Positions 19,861 to 31,529 of a stretch of DNA of 64,000 bases are shown piece after piece. The stretch covers positions 1 to 64,000 of the forward strand of contig CAVRJG010000056.1 in the NCBI GenBank assembly GCA_963721455.1, read 5' to 3'. The first letter of the stretch is position 1. Every line of letters begins with the position of its first letter. The notes beneath the pieces are model-generated. The model saw nothing but the letters and a program-made list of their open reading frames with translations, was not told the DNA's origin and searched no databases. Origin of the DNA: an uncultured Methanosarcinaceae archaeon. GTDB lineage: Archaea; Halobacteriota; Methanosarcinia; Methanosarcinales; Methanosarcinaceae. The position numbers were made by a program, and so were the translations under genes.

Positions 19861-21159
19861 ATGGCTGACATAATCATAAAAAATGCTTACATTTTAACGA
19901 TGGACCCGGATGCAGGGGACCTCAAAAACGGGACCGTTGTCATTGAAGACGGAAGGATTACGGAAATCGGGGAAAAAACAAATGAAAGTGCCGAGACCGT
20001 GATCGATGCAAAACATTCGGTCGTAATGCCAGGGCTTGTAAATACACATACGCACGCAGCAATGACTCTTTTCCGGGGTTATGCTGACGACCTGCAGCTT
20101 GCAGATTGGCTTGAGGGGCATATCTGGCCTGCCGAAGCCCGGCTCACTGCAGAAGACGTTTATAAAGGTAGCCTGCTTGCCTGCCTGGAGATGATAAGGT
20201 CGGGAACTACTTCTTTTGCAGATATGTACTTCCATATGGATGAAACAGCAAAGGCTGTTGAGGTATCCGGGCTTCGAGCCTCGCTTTCCCATGGACTGAT
20301 AGAACTATGGAATGAAGAAAAGGGAGAAGCCGACCTTAAGGAAGGCAGGCGCTTTGTCAGGGCCTGGCAGGGGGCAGCAAACGGCAGGATAAAAACGATG
20401 TACGGCCCCCATGCCCCGAATACGTGTTCAGAAGAGTTTCTTGCAAAGGTAAGGGAAGAAGCCAGCAGGGATGGGGCCGGAATCCATATCCATGTCCTTG
20501 AAACGGAAGCCGAACTGTTAGCGATGAAAGAAAGGTACGGGAAATGTTCCGTACACCTTCTGGAGGATATAGGATTTTTCGGCCCTGATGTGCTTGCCGC
20601 CCATTGTGTCTGGCTTTCGGACGGAGATATAGAGATTTTGAGGAAAAGAGGAGTCAATGTTTCCCATAATGCCGTTAGCAATATGAAACTGGCTTCCGGA
20701 ATTGCGCCTGTGCAGAAGATGCTCGATAAAGGCATAAATGTCAGCCTTGGCACTGACGGCTGCGCGTCAAACAATAACCTTGACCTTTTTGAGGAGATGA
20801 AAACCGCTGCCCTTCTGCATAAAGTAAGCACTTCCAGCCCAACTGCTCTTCCTGCGCGGCAGGTACTTGAGATGGGCACGGTAAACGGTGCAAAAGCCCT
20901 TGACCCGGAAACAGGCATGTTAAAAGTCGGGAAAAAGGCAGACCTGATAATCCTGGATATGAAAAAGCCGCACCTTACCCCCTGTTTCGATGTCCCGTCC
21001 CATCTTGTGTATTCGGCAAAAGGAAGCGATGTCAGGACGACAATCGTAAACGGGAAAGTCCTGATGGACAATTACAGGGTTCTGGTACTGGATGAGCAGA
21101 AAGTGATGGAAGAAGCTCAAAAAGCCGCCGACGAGCTTGTAGCAAGGGTAAACGCCTGA
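19861..21159 (+). CDS. dadD: 5'-deoxyadenosine / MTA-SAH deaminase (amidohydrolase)
   Basis: NTHTHAAM, HIHVLET, AAHCVWL, LGTDG; adjacent to ahcY. Confidence 0.85.
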   Translation: MADIIIKNAYILTMDPDAGDLKNGTVVIEDGRITEIGEKTNESAETVIDAKHSVVMPGLVNTHTHAAMTLFRGYADDLQLADWLEGHIWPAEARLTAEDVYKGSLLACLEMIRSGTTSFADMYFHMDETAKAVEVSGLRASLSHGLIELWNEEKGEADLKEGRRFVRAWQGAANGRIKTMYGPHAPNTCSEEFLAKVREEASRDGAGIHIHVLETEAELLAMKERYGKCSVHLLEDIGFFGPDVLAAHCVWLSDGDIEILRKRGVNVSHNAVSNMKLASGIAPVQKMLDKGINVSLGTDGCASNNNLDLFEEMKTAALLHKVSTSSPTALPARQVLEMGTVNGAKALDPETGMLKVGKKADLIILDMKKPHLTPCFDVPSHLVYSAKGSDVRTTIVNGKVLMDNYRVLVLDEQKVMEEAQKAADELVARVNA

Positions 21160-21381
21160 AAAATCCGTATATGGGGAAATACTTTAAAATATGCAGTAAA
21201 AGTAAATACCTGAAACCCGGACGTAATACAGATTAATTTTATTTTTTTGTAATCAAAATAATAATTTGAGTAAACTCAAAGTAACAATTTGGGTAAATTC
21301 AAAAATAATCCGATTAATAGAATCGAATTCAGCCTGATAAAAAATCAAATTCAACCGCTTATCCGATATGATGGGATTACC

Positions 21382-22617
21382 ATGACAGAAAAAGAACTCA
21401 TAGAATCCGGAAACATGAAAATGGACTGGGCAAGAAATCATATGCCTGTACTTGCTATCGTCAGGGAAAAGTTTGAGGAAGAAAAACCCCTGAGAGGGCT
21501 GAAAGTAGGAATGGCCCTGCATGTGGAAGCAAAAACTGCAGTCCTTGTAGAGACTCTGGCTGCAGGCGGTGCAAAGGTATCCATTACCGGCTGCAATCCT
21601 CTCAGTACCCAGGACGATGTGGCCCTGGCACTCGATACCCGTGAGAACATACACTGTTTTGCAAAATACGGAGTAGGAAGCCAGGAATATTATGAAGCTA
21701 TCGACAGGGTCCTGGATTTCGAGCCAGACATCACTATAGACGACGGGGCAGACCTTATATTTAAATTACACAAAGAAAGGACAGACCTGCTTCCGAATAT
21801 CCTGGGAGGCTGTGAGGAAACAACCACAGGGATTCACAGGCTTCATGCGATGGAAAAGGAAGGAGCCCTGAAGATGCCTGTAGTCGCAGTAAACGACGCC
21901 AGGACCAAATATCTTTTTGACAACCGCTACGGGACAGGACAGTCAGCCTGGGACGGGATTAACAGGACCACAAATCTTCTGGTTGCAGGCAAAAACGTTG
22001 TTATTGCAGGCTATGGCTGGTGCGGGCGCGGGGTTGCAATGCGGGCTGCGGGCCTTGGGGCAAGTGTAATCGTTACCGAAATAGACCCCATAAGAGCCCT
22101 TGAAGCCAGAATGGACGGATACAGGGTCATGAAAATGGAAGAGGCTGCAAAGTTAGGGGATATGTTTGTGACCACCACCGGAAACCGCGATATCCTCACA
22201 GCCGAACATTTCCAGGTCATGCAGGACGGAGCAATCCTTGCAAACTCCGGGCACTTCAACGTGGAAATCGATATGGAAGCCCTTGCTTCCCTTGCAAAAT
22301 CCGTCAAAACCGTCAGGAACAACATAAAAGAATACGATATCGGCAACCGGCGCATTAATGTCATAGCCGAGGGCAGGCTTGTTAACCTGGCTGCAGGCGA
22401 CGGGCACCCTGCCGAGGTTATGGATATGAGCTTTGCAAATCAGGCTCTCTGTGTACGCTATATTGCCGAAAATAAGCTTCTGAACGGAGTCCACAAGGTA
22501 CCGCAGGAACTCGATATGTATGTGGCAAAAATAAAACTTGAGTCAATGGGGATAAGCATTGATGAACTCACTTCCACGCAGGAATGCTATATGAACGGCT
22601 GGGAGTGCGGGACATAA
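21382..22617 (+). CDS. ahcY: Adenosylhomocysteinase (S-inosyl/S-adenosyl-homocysteine hydrolase)
   Basis: CNPLSTQD, EETTTG, FDNRYGTGQS, GYGWCGRG, GHPAEVMD. Confidence 0.96.
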   Translation: MTEKELIESGNMKMDWARNHMPVLAIVREKFEEEKPLRGLKVGMALHVEAKTAVLVETLAAGGAKVSITGCNPLSTQDDVALALDTRENIHCFAKYGVGSQEYYEAIDRVLDFEPDITIDDGADLIFKLHKERTDLLPNILGGCEETTTGIHRLHAMEKEGALKMPVVAVNDARTKYLFDNRYGTGQSAWDGINRTTNLLVAGKNVVIAGYGWCGRGVAMRAAGLGASVIVTEIDPIRALEARMDGYRVMKMEEAAKLGDMFVTTTGNRDILTAEHFQVMQDGAILANSGHFNVEIDMEALASLAKSVKTVRNNIKEYDIGNRRINVIAEGRLVNLAAGDGHPAEVMDMSFANQALCVRYIAENKLLNGVHKVPQELDMYVAKIKLESMGISIDELTSTQECYMNGWECGT

Positions 22618-22625
22618 TTTAGAAA

Positions 22626-22731
22626 AGAAGCAGCAGAGAATATTTTCAGCAACCCTTAAACTCTTGATTCATTATAAGTGCAGTGAATATCGGATCTTTC
22701 CAGCTTCGGAAAGTGATAGTATTTACTGCAC
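22626..22731 (+). repeat. Direct repeat copy 1 with GTGCAGTGAATA..TATTTACTGCAC hairpin
   Basis: 22626-22684 matches 26481-26539 at 58/59 positions; similarity continues through the hairpin. Confidence 0.9.
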
Positions 22732-23029
22732 CTGATTTTTAATAATTTTGAATTTTTTTAATTATTTTGACGCAAGAAGTATAGCCTTTTTTCGTGAAAT
22801 CGGGCTCAAATAGCCACTTTTATTTTTCCGAGGCTACATTAATACCATCTCTTATGTTGCTCTTGTACGCGCGTAGCGCGCCTGCCTGAAATGTGTGAAA
22901 TAATTTTTTCTTTTTCATGTTCTTTTTATCCACGATTGACAAATTAACAATGTTTATATCATTTTGTGATGTGAGTTTATAGGAAGTCACCGTCTTCTAA
23001 ATTAAGAACAACTTAGAGATGAGAACAAT

Positions 23030-26000
23030 ATGCCCGGATTTACAGAAGTAGAAAACCGTATCTATAACAAACCATATTTCAGATATTAAGTTATCTAGAA
23101 GCCTCACTTCAATTCGTGGGGTAATGGAAAGTATCTGGGCAAATGAAGCTCCTCGAATAGTGAAGGACTACACAGATCACGGTGAAGAGCACAGTAAAAG
23201 AGTTGCTTTTTTTGCAGAAAAACTACTCCAGTCTAATCCGGATGCAAACTTTTCTAAGCAGGAAATCTACTTGCTTCTCGCAGGCATTTATTTGCATGAT
23301 ATCGGAATGCAGTGCGATATTGCCAAATATCCTGAAATAAAGGAGAAGGCTGAAAGTCTAGGTGCGAAGTTCGACGAAGCGTTTACCGCAGAAACAACAA
23401 ATGAATATACTGTGAAAGAGCAGAAAGAAATTCGCAAGAATCATCATCTTCTTTCACGCAGCCTGGATTGACTACCTGTATGAAGGAAAAGATCCTGTGT
23501 TGTCTCATGGTATCAAAAGTGTACCTTATGATCTTGTGGATGATTTAATGGATGTATGTAAATTCCATTCTAAACTGTCAATTAATGATTGTCCTGATTA
23601 TTTCAGTGGTTATCCTAATAGTCGCAAAAAAATGGTTGCTTCACTTCTGCGTTTTGCTGATGAACTCGACATAAACAGCACACGTGTTAAAATCGAAACT
23701 GTAAAGATTTTTTCCATAACCCCAGAAAACAGGGTTTACTGGTGGTTACACAACTATACTAAAATCGATTTTATTGATTCTAATAATGTCCGTCTTAAAG
23801 TTGATTTGCATCCTGAAGACTTTAATTCATATGGTTCTTTTGTGCGTGAAGACTATATTACCACCTTTAAAAGCAAAAATCAGCCTGTTTTAGATGTGCT
23901 CGTTGGACAAAAAATTCCTATTATAATTGATAATAGGTCTGATGTCGTGCTACATCCCCGCGCGGAGAAATTTCCTCCTGAAATAACTGCTGTTCTGGAT
24001 GAAAAGATGCAGAAAAATGGCTTCTCTTCTAATTCTAAAATTCCGCCTACCAGTAAAGATTCGGGTTCCAGGCCCGTACAAATTTTGCCTCCTCAGCCTG
24101 AGCAGGAATCAAAAGCCACAATATCAAACGTTCCCTACTCAAGGAACCTTCGTTTTACAGGACGTGAAGATAAGTTAAAGCAAATCCATGAAGCTCTTCT
24201 TTCAGACAATTCAGTTGCTGTATCTCAACCCATTGCAGTGTGCGGACTCGGGGGTATTGGGAAAACACAAACTGCGGTTGAATATACATATCGTTATTGC
24301 GATGAATATGAATTTATTTTCTGGGTAAAAGCTGATTCTGAAGATTCGATATTCTCCAGTTATACCGAGATTGCAAAATTATTGAATTTACCTGTTAAAA
24401 ATGACTCAGACCAGAACAATATTGTCTCAGCTGTATTAAATTGGTTTAGAACCCATGAGAACTGGTTACTTGTTTTCGACAATGCAGATGGCATTTCTTT
24501 TGTAAAGAATTATCTTCCTCCAGATCCCAAAGGGCATGTCCTCCTAACCTCAAGGTCACAGAGTTTTTGATACACTGGATATTACTAAATTGGTTGATAT
24601 GGAGGCAATGACGCTTGACGAAGCTAAAAGTTTCCTTTTGAAGCGCACAGGACGTACTAATCTGAATCAATCCGAGCTTGAAGCTTTTGAAAAGCTTGTT
24701 CACGAGCTTGGCTGCCTCCCATTGGCTCTAGAACAAGCAGGAGCCTATATTTACGAAAATAACTCCAGTTTTAAAGACTACCTGATAAGCTATAGTAAAC
24801 GTGGTCTGAAGTTATTAGAAAAATCTCATATTGATAAGAGCAAGTATCCAGAATCGATATCTACCACCTGGTTGATGAACTTCGAGGAGGTGAAGAAAAA
24901 ATCTGAAAGTTTCAGCAGATGTTTTATTTGCAAGTGCTTTTCTCAATCCTCATGAGATTCCAGCCGAAATTATTTACAAAGGTGCGGACGAGTTAGGACC
25001 GTTAATTTCTGCCGCATTTGATGAGGTTGATACAGACCCTCTCGTTTTCGATGAAGTTCTCAAACCACTATGGCAGTACTCATTAATCAATCGTGAAACT
25101 GGCTGCCGTAATTACGATATTCACCGCCTTGTACAGGCTGTTCTTAGAGACGGAATGGAAAAGAGCGAACAGAAACTCTGGGCTGAACGTGTTGTTAAAG
25201 CTGTCAACCGCGCGTTTCCTGAAGTTGAGTATAAAAACTGGGAACTTTGCGATAAGCTTCTTCCACATGCTCAGACCTGTGCAGAATATATTGGATTGTG
25301 GGATATCGAGACTGAAGAGTCTGCAAAATTGCTAAACGCAACTGGCAGCTACCTGCATGAACGTGCACGTTTTAAGGAAAGCGAGTTGCTCTTGAAAAGT
25401 TCATTGGAAATTCGAAAGAAAGTTATGGAACCCGAACATTTTGATATCTCTAAGAGTTTCAATAATTTAGGAGAGTTATATAGTGATTTAGGTAGAGTAC
25501 TTCGAAGCAGAATCATTATTGTTGCGTGCATTAGAGATTCGAGAAAATACATTAAATTCAGATGATCCAGCTATAGCAGAGAGTCTTAACAATTTAGCGG
25601 AACTTTATAGAATTTTGGGTAGGTATTCTGAAGCTGAACCACTACATGCGCGTGCATTAGAAGTTCGAGAAACTGTCTTAAAGTCAGATGATCCGGCTAT
25701 AGCAGAGAGTCTCGACAACTTAGCTGGAGTTTATAGAGATTTGGGCAGGTATTCTGAAGCCGAACATCTTCGCATTCGTGCACTAGAAATTACAGAAAGA
25801 GCAATGGGACTTGAACATCCAGATGTAGGTAATCGCCTTAACAATCTGGCCGGAGTTTATAGAGATTTGGGAAAGTATTCTGAAGCTGAATCTCTTCGCA
25901 TTCGTGCACTGAAAATTGCAGAAAGAGCAATGGGACCTGAACATCCAGATGTAGGTACTTGTCTTAACAATCTAGCTAGCAGTTTACAGTGATTTAGGAA

Positions 26001-26458
26001 GGTATTCTGAAGCCGAACGTCTTTGCATTCGTGCCTTAGAAATTACAGAAAAAACGTTGGGTCCTGAACATCCAGTTATGGGTAATCGCCTCAATAATCT
26101 AGCAGCAGTTTACAGCGATTTAGGAAGGTATTCTGAAGCTGAACATCTTTGCATATCGTGCCTTAGAAATTACAGAAAAAACGTTTGGTCATGAACATCC
26201 AAATGTAGGTACTTATCTTAAAAATATGGCAATTAATTTATCACAAACAACATAAGTATCTCAAGGCCAGACCTTATTATGAGCGAGCAATTAGAGTTAT
26301 GGAAAAAACCAAAGGGGAAAATAGTTTTGAGCTTGCTAGCCTCTTAGAAAATTATGCTTCTTCGTTGAATAATATGAAGAAGGAACCCGGAAGCTACAAG
26401 AATATCTAATCGTGTTAAAGGGATACGTTCAAAAATTGAAAAAGGAAACAATAAGTGA
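23030..26458 (+). pseudogene. HD-CE-like phosphohydrolase / STAND (NB-ARC-like) NTPase / TPR protein, multiply frameshifted
   Basis: DYTDHGEEHSKRV, LHDIGM, LRFADELD; then FTGRED, GLGGIGKT, WLLVFDNAD, LLTSR, LPLALEQAGAYI; then many 42-aa TPRs (SLNNLAELYR..GRYSEAE). Ends at TGA 26456-58. Confidence 0.88.
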
Positions 26459-26480
26459 GCTCAATTTATATATTTATAAT

Positions 26481-26618
26481 AGAAGTAGCAGAGAATATTT
26501 TCAGCAACCCTTAAACTCTTGATTCATTATAAGTGCAGTTAAGTGCAGTGAATATTGGATTGCTTTCAATTTCCCGGATTGCTTTCAATTTTAGGAAAAG
26601 TAATTATATTTACTGCAC
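26481..26618 (+). repeat. Direct repeat copy 2 (with small internal duplications)
   Basis: Matches 22626-22731 but carries an extra AAGTGCAGTT and a duplicated GGATTGCTTTCAATTT. Confidence 0.9.
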
Positions 26619-29600
26619 ATTATTTTTAACGATTTTGGATGAAAGAAAAATACTTTCAATGCTTATAGACAGTTTAGAAGCCAGCAATTCCTATTAAAGA
26701 GCATACCTGACGTATGATTCATTTTACAAAAATGCTTAAATGTGAATAAGGCTTCTGTATTTTATAGAAAATGGTAAAATTCATTTTTTTCACAAGGGAA
26801 TTTACTGTAAAACCATAAACATAGGGAACCACAGTGCACTCTTGAAAGTCTAGCCACAAATTATTGTAGAATTTGCGTTTGAAAATAAGGATATCAAGAA
26901 TACGAAATAATATCTGGAGGCTGAAAACGGTGGCATAGAAGAGGGCTAAAAAACTGGACGTTACAAGTCAAATATTTTGCTGCCAGTTCCTGAATTTGAA
27001 AAATGGAGAACAAATAATTGAGACCAGCTTTTCCTTTATCAAAAACATGCTAATACTATGTTAAATCCTGTTTTAGATATGGACAAGATTGGGATATTCC
27101 CTAGCGTTAAAGAATCTTTTTCCAGGCAAATCGACCCTCTGTTTTTATGAAAAAGAGATCACCAGACATACCCTGCTTGAAGTGACAATGATTTAATAAA
27201 AGTTTTCCCAGCCTCAGAAGTGATCAATTACTCACAGACGATTAAATATGAATTTTTAAAACGAGTTCTTGATGGTAGGAGAAGATGTGGAATGAGAGAA
27301 AAACTGAGAAAGTCTGGAATTGATATTATTGGAGATGTACCATGGGGAACGCACTTCTGCCAGTTCTACCAGACAAAAGAAGATTTGATGGACATACTTG
27401 TTCCCTACTTCAAAGCAGGGCTGGAAAATAACGAATTCTGTATGTGGGTCACATCAAAACCTCTAGACGTGGAAGAGGCAAAAGAAGCCCTTAGAAGGGC
27501 TGTTCCTGATATTGATGTTTACCTGGAGAAAGGGCAAATCGAAATTATTCCCTACAATTATTGGTATGTAAAAGAGGGTTTTTTCGATTCGGAGAGGGTC
27601 TTAAACGACTGGGTTGAAAAACTCAATCAGTCCCTTGCCAGTGGCTACGATGGATTGAGGTTGAGCGGAAACACTTTTTGGCTGGAAAAAGAAGATTGGA
27701 ACGATTTCGTAGAATATGAGGAAGAAATAGACAAAATCATCGGCAGCTACCACATGATGGCTTTATGCACCTATTCTCTCGACAAATGCAGCGCAACCGA
27801 GATCCTCGACGTCGTCATCAACCATCAATTCGCTTTGATCAAAAAAGAAGGTAAATGGGAGCAGGTAGAAAGTTCCAGCCGGCAAAATATAATCGAGCGG
27901 AAGCGGGCTGAGGATGCACTTCGCGAGAGCGAGGCAAGGCTGCAGGTTATCATCGCAAACTCCCCGGATATTATTTTCGAGCAGGATCGTGATCTGCGCT
28001 ACATCTGGGTATTCAATCCGACATTCCCCTATGTCGTTTCGGATGTGGTGGGCAAGACAGACGCAGAATTGCTATCGCCTGACCAGGCACAGTTACTTAC
28101 GTCGATCAAGCGCCGTGTGCTCTATACGGGCATGCGCGAGCAGGCTGTTCTGCTGTTGACCCATGGCGGCGAATCACGATGGTTCGAAGCCCTCTACGAG
28201 CCGCGTTATGATGCAACTGGTAAGGTCATCGGAATACTCTCCTATACCCGTGACATCACAGAGCGTAAGCAAGCCGAAAAGGCACTGCAGGATAGCGAAA
28301 AACGTTTCCGCGCATTGGCTGAAAATTCTCCTGACGTGATTGCCCGCTTTGATAGACAAAATCGCCATATATATGCTAATCCTGCCGCGAAGGAGCCTTA
28401 CGGTTATTCTCAGGAAGAAATCATTGGGAAAAAGAATAGTGAACTGGGAATGAACCCCGAACAGGTGAAATTCTGGCAGAGACACTATGAAAATGTTTTT
28501 GCCACAGGCAAACCCGAAACAATAGAATTCCAGTATACATCGCCTCAGGGAAAAGAATACTACTTTAATACACGAATAGTACCGGAGTTTGCTGACAGCG
28601 AAGTTACCTCTGTTCTTGCAATTTCCCGTGATATTGCTGAAATAAAGAAAGCAGAAGCCAAGCTGAAAGAAACACTCGACAATTTAGAAAATATAGTTAA
28701 AGAACGTACAGCAGAGCTTGAGAAAGCTTATAATTCGCTGAAAGAGACTGGAGAAGAACTTGCTGAAGCTCAGAGAATGGCTCATATTGGAAACTGGAAA
28801 TGGAATATTGTAACTGATGAACTACACTGGTCTGATGAAGTTTATCATATTTTCGGACTTAGTCCTCAAGAATTCAGCGCAACTTCCGATGCATATTTTA
28901 ATTATGTACATCCAGACGATAGAGACTATTTGATGAATGCTGTCAAGGAAGCTTTTAAGGGAGAACCGTATAGCATTGATAATCGGATTATCACAGCCAA
29001 TGGGGAAGAACGAATAGTACATACAGAAGCTGAAATTACTTTTAATGAAGACAATATCCCTGTTTGCGCCAGGGGAACGGTTCAGGATATCACAGAGCGA
29101 AAGAAGGCAGAGGAAATGCTAAAAGAGAGCGAGGGCAAGTTGAAAGCTCTTTTTAATCTGCTGCCTGTAGGAGTTTCCATCACCGATAAAGAAAGAAATA
29201 TCCTGGATGCAAACCTTGCCCTGGGAAGAATCCTGGGCATCTCCAGATCAGATTTGCTCAAAGGAAGACATGGAACCCGAAAATATCTCAGGTCAAACGG
29301 CACAGAGATGTCGGCTGAGGAGTTCCCCAGCGTAAGGGCTTTGAAAGAGAAAGGGTCGATTCAAAGTTCAGAGATAGGGATAATTAGGGAGGATGGCAGT
29401 ACAATCTGGACGGATGTGAGTGCAACAGCTCTGCCTTTTTCCGATGGGCAAGTAGTTATTACCACCAGGGACATCACCGAAAATAAAAAAGCAGAAGAAA
29501 AACTTCAAACACTGGCAAACGTTGTTGAATCATCAGACGATGCCATTATAACCAAATCTCTTGATGGTATTATCACAAGCTGGAATAAGGGAGCAGAGCG

Positions 29601-29781
29601 AATTTATGGTTATTTCGCTGAAGAAGTCCTGGGAAGATCCGAATCCACATTTGAACCCTAATTTGACAGATTCTACTAATTAGTATAGTATTTTCACACA
29701 AAAAACGCGTTGCATCGGCACAGTACCTTTAGGAAAAATGAAAAACGTCAAAAATCAAAAAAAGTATGAAATAACTTTGAA

Positions 29782-31529
29782 CCTTAGTTCCCAAATTTTA
29801 AGCGCATAATCTTCATATTCTTTTGGAGTTATCTCAATTCATGCGCAAATGCGCATGAGTTTGTCTTATTTTTACCTGCGATTGGAAAATTTTAAATACA
29901 ATTATGCGCTTATTATATAAGCACATATGAAATCTACACTCCGCATCAAGAAAATAAATGGGATTGAGTACTGGTATGAAGATATTCCTTATTATGATAA
30001 GGAAAAGAAACAGATTCGTCATCGATCCAAATACATAGGTAGAAACGTAAATGGTAAACCTGTTCGAGTTCGAGATGCATTGAACTCTTCCGATGGGATT
30101 TCTTCCAATGATATTTCACCACCTTCCAGCAAACCCATAAATGCTTACAACTATGGTGAGTTTCTCCCGTTGCAGAAAATAACAGATGAACTCAAGATTG
30201 GAGAATATCTTGGCGATCTGTTCAATGAAAAAGACAGGAACATGATACTTGCAATGGCACTTAATCGTGTAATTCGTCCTACGGCTATGTATAACCTTAA
30301 AACGTGGTATGAGAATTCTGTTCTTTCCCTTGAGTGGCCTGAATTACCTTTGAAAAGTCAAAACATAAGCAATTTACTTGCTAAAGTAGGTGACAGCGAC
30401 ATTCCATCTATGTTTATGGGTAAAATGTTCAGAAGTATTGGGACAAAAAGCACATTAGTGTACGACCTTACCAGTTTCTCAAGCTACTCACAATTGATAA
30501 ATCTCCTTGAATACGGATACAATAGAGATGACGATAATCTCCCTCAACTAAATCTCTCTATGATTGTGGATAAAGAAAAAGGAATTCCAGTGATGTATGA
30601 CATCTATCCAGGAAGCATTGTTGACGTTACAACCCTCAAAAACACAATCAAAAAGATAGAAGCTTACGGAGTGGAGAAGTATACATTGGTAATGGACAGA
30701 GGATTCTTCAGTAAGGGTAACATTGAAGAACTACTCCATGAAAAAATTCCATTTATTATGCCAGCCACAATGACACTTAAAAGTGTCAAGGAGCTTATGA
30801 GTTCAGCGCAAAAAGACATTGAAAGTCCTGAATATCTTCACAAGTTTAACAAGAAACCGATATTTGTAAAACCAGTGACTCTTGAACAAAAGGAGTTTAA
30901 GATGGATGGATACTGTTTCTATGATCCGAAGAGAGAACTGAAAGAAAAGGACGCATTTTACTCTCGTCTTTATGATGTGAAGAAAAAACTAGAAGAAACA
31001 GCAATTCCAGGATGGAGAAACGCAGGAGAAGTATTCAAAGAGAAGGCAAAGGAAATGGCAAGTTTCTATTCTTGGGAAAAGATAGATGACCATTTCAGGA
31101 TCAATATCAAGAAAAATGCAGTAACTCAGAGAATAAACAGAATGGGGAAGTTTTTCCTTTTTTACTATGGAGAACGTGACTGGATGGAATGTCTTACCGT
31201 CTACAGAGAAAGAGATATTGTTGAAAAAGGATTCAAAATAATGAAGAATGATATTCAGTCACTTCCACTAAATACAAGTAAAGATTCAACAACAAAGGGA
31301 TTTATTTTTGTCTGTTTCATCGGACTGATACTTAGAATGAAGCTACTGAGTATGATGAGAGAAACAAAGATTATCGAGGATTATACAGTAGAAAGTTTAC
31401 TCTTAGAGCTTGAAAAGATAAGAAAGGTAGAACTACAAAATGGAGAAGTAATGGTTACAGAACTTACAAGGAAACAAAAAGAAATTATGGAAAAATTGAA
31501 TTTATGCGCTTAAAAAGGCGGAAGTTAGG
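29782..31529 (+). mobile_element. IS1634-family insertion sequence nested in the MITE
   Basis: Ends CCTTAGTTCC / GGAAGTTAGG, with TTTGAA at 29776-81 and 31530-35; encodes a 528-aa transposase. Confidence 0.9.
29927..31513 (+). CDS. IS1634-family transposase
   Basis: YDLTSFSS, YGYNRD, MDRGFFS, YRERDIVEKGF (DDE triad). Confidence 0.92.
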   Translation: MKSTLRIKKINGIEYWYEDIPYYDKEKKQIRHRSKYIGRNVNGKPVRVRDALNSSDGISSNDISPPSSKPINAYNYGEFLPLQKITDELKIGEYLGDLFNEKDRNMILAMALNRVIRPTAMYNLKTWYENSVLSLEWPELPLKSQNISNLLAKVGDSDIPSMFMGKMFRSIGTKSTLVYDLTSFSSYSQLINLLEYGYNRDDDNLPQLNLSMIVDKEKGIPVMYDIYPGSIVDVTTLKNTIKKIEAYGVEKYTLVMDRGFFSKGNIEELLHEKIPFIMPATMTLKSVKELMSSAQKDIESPEYLHKFNKKPIFVKPVTLEQKEFKMDGYCFYDPKRELKEKDAFYSRLYDVKKKLEETAIPGWRNAGEVFKEKAKEMASFYSWEKIDDHFRINIKKNAVTQRINRMGKFFLFYYGERDWMECLTVYRERDIVEKGFKIMKNDIQSLPLNTSKDSTTKGFIFVCFIGLILRMKLLSMMRETKIIEDYTVESLLLELEKIRKVELQNGEVMVTELTRKQKEIMEKLNLCA

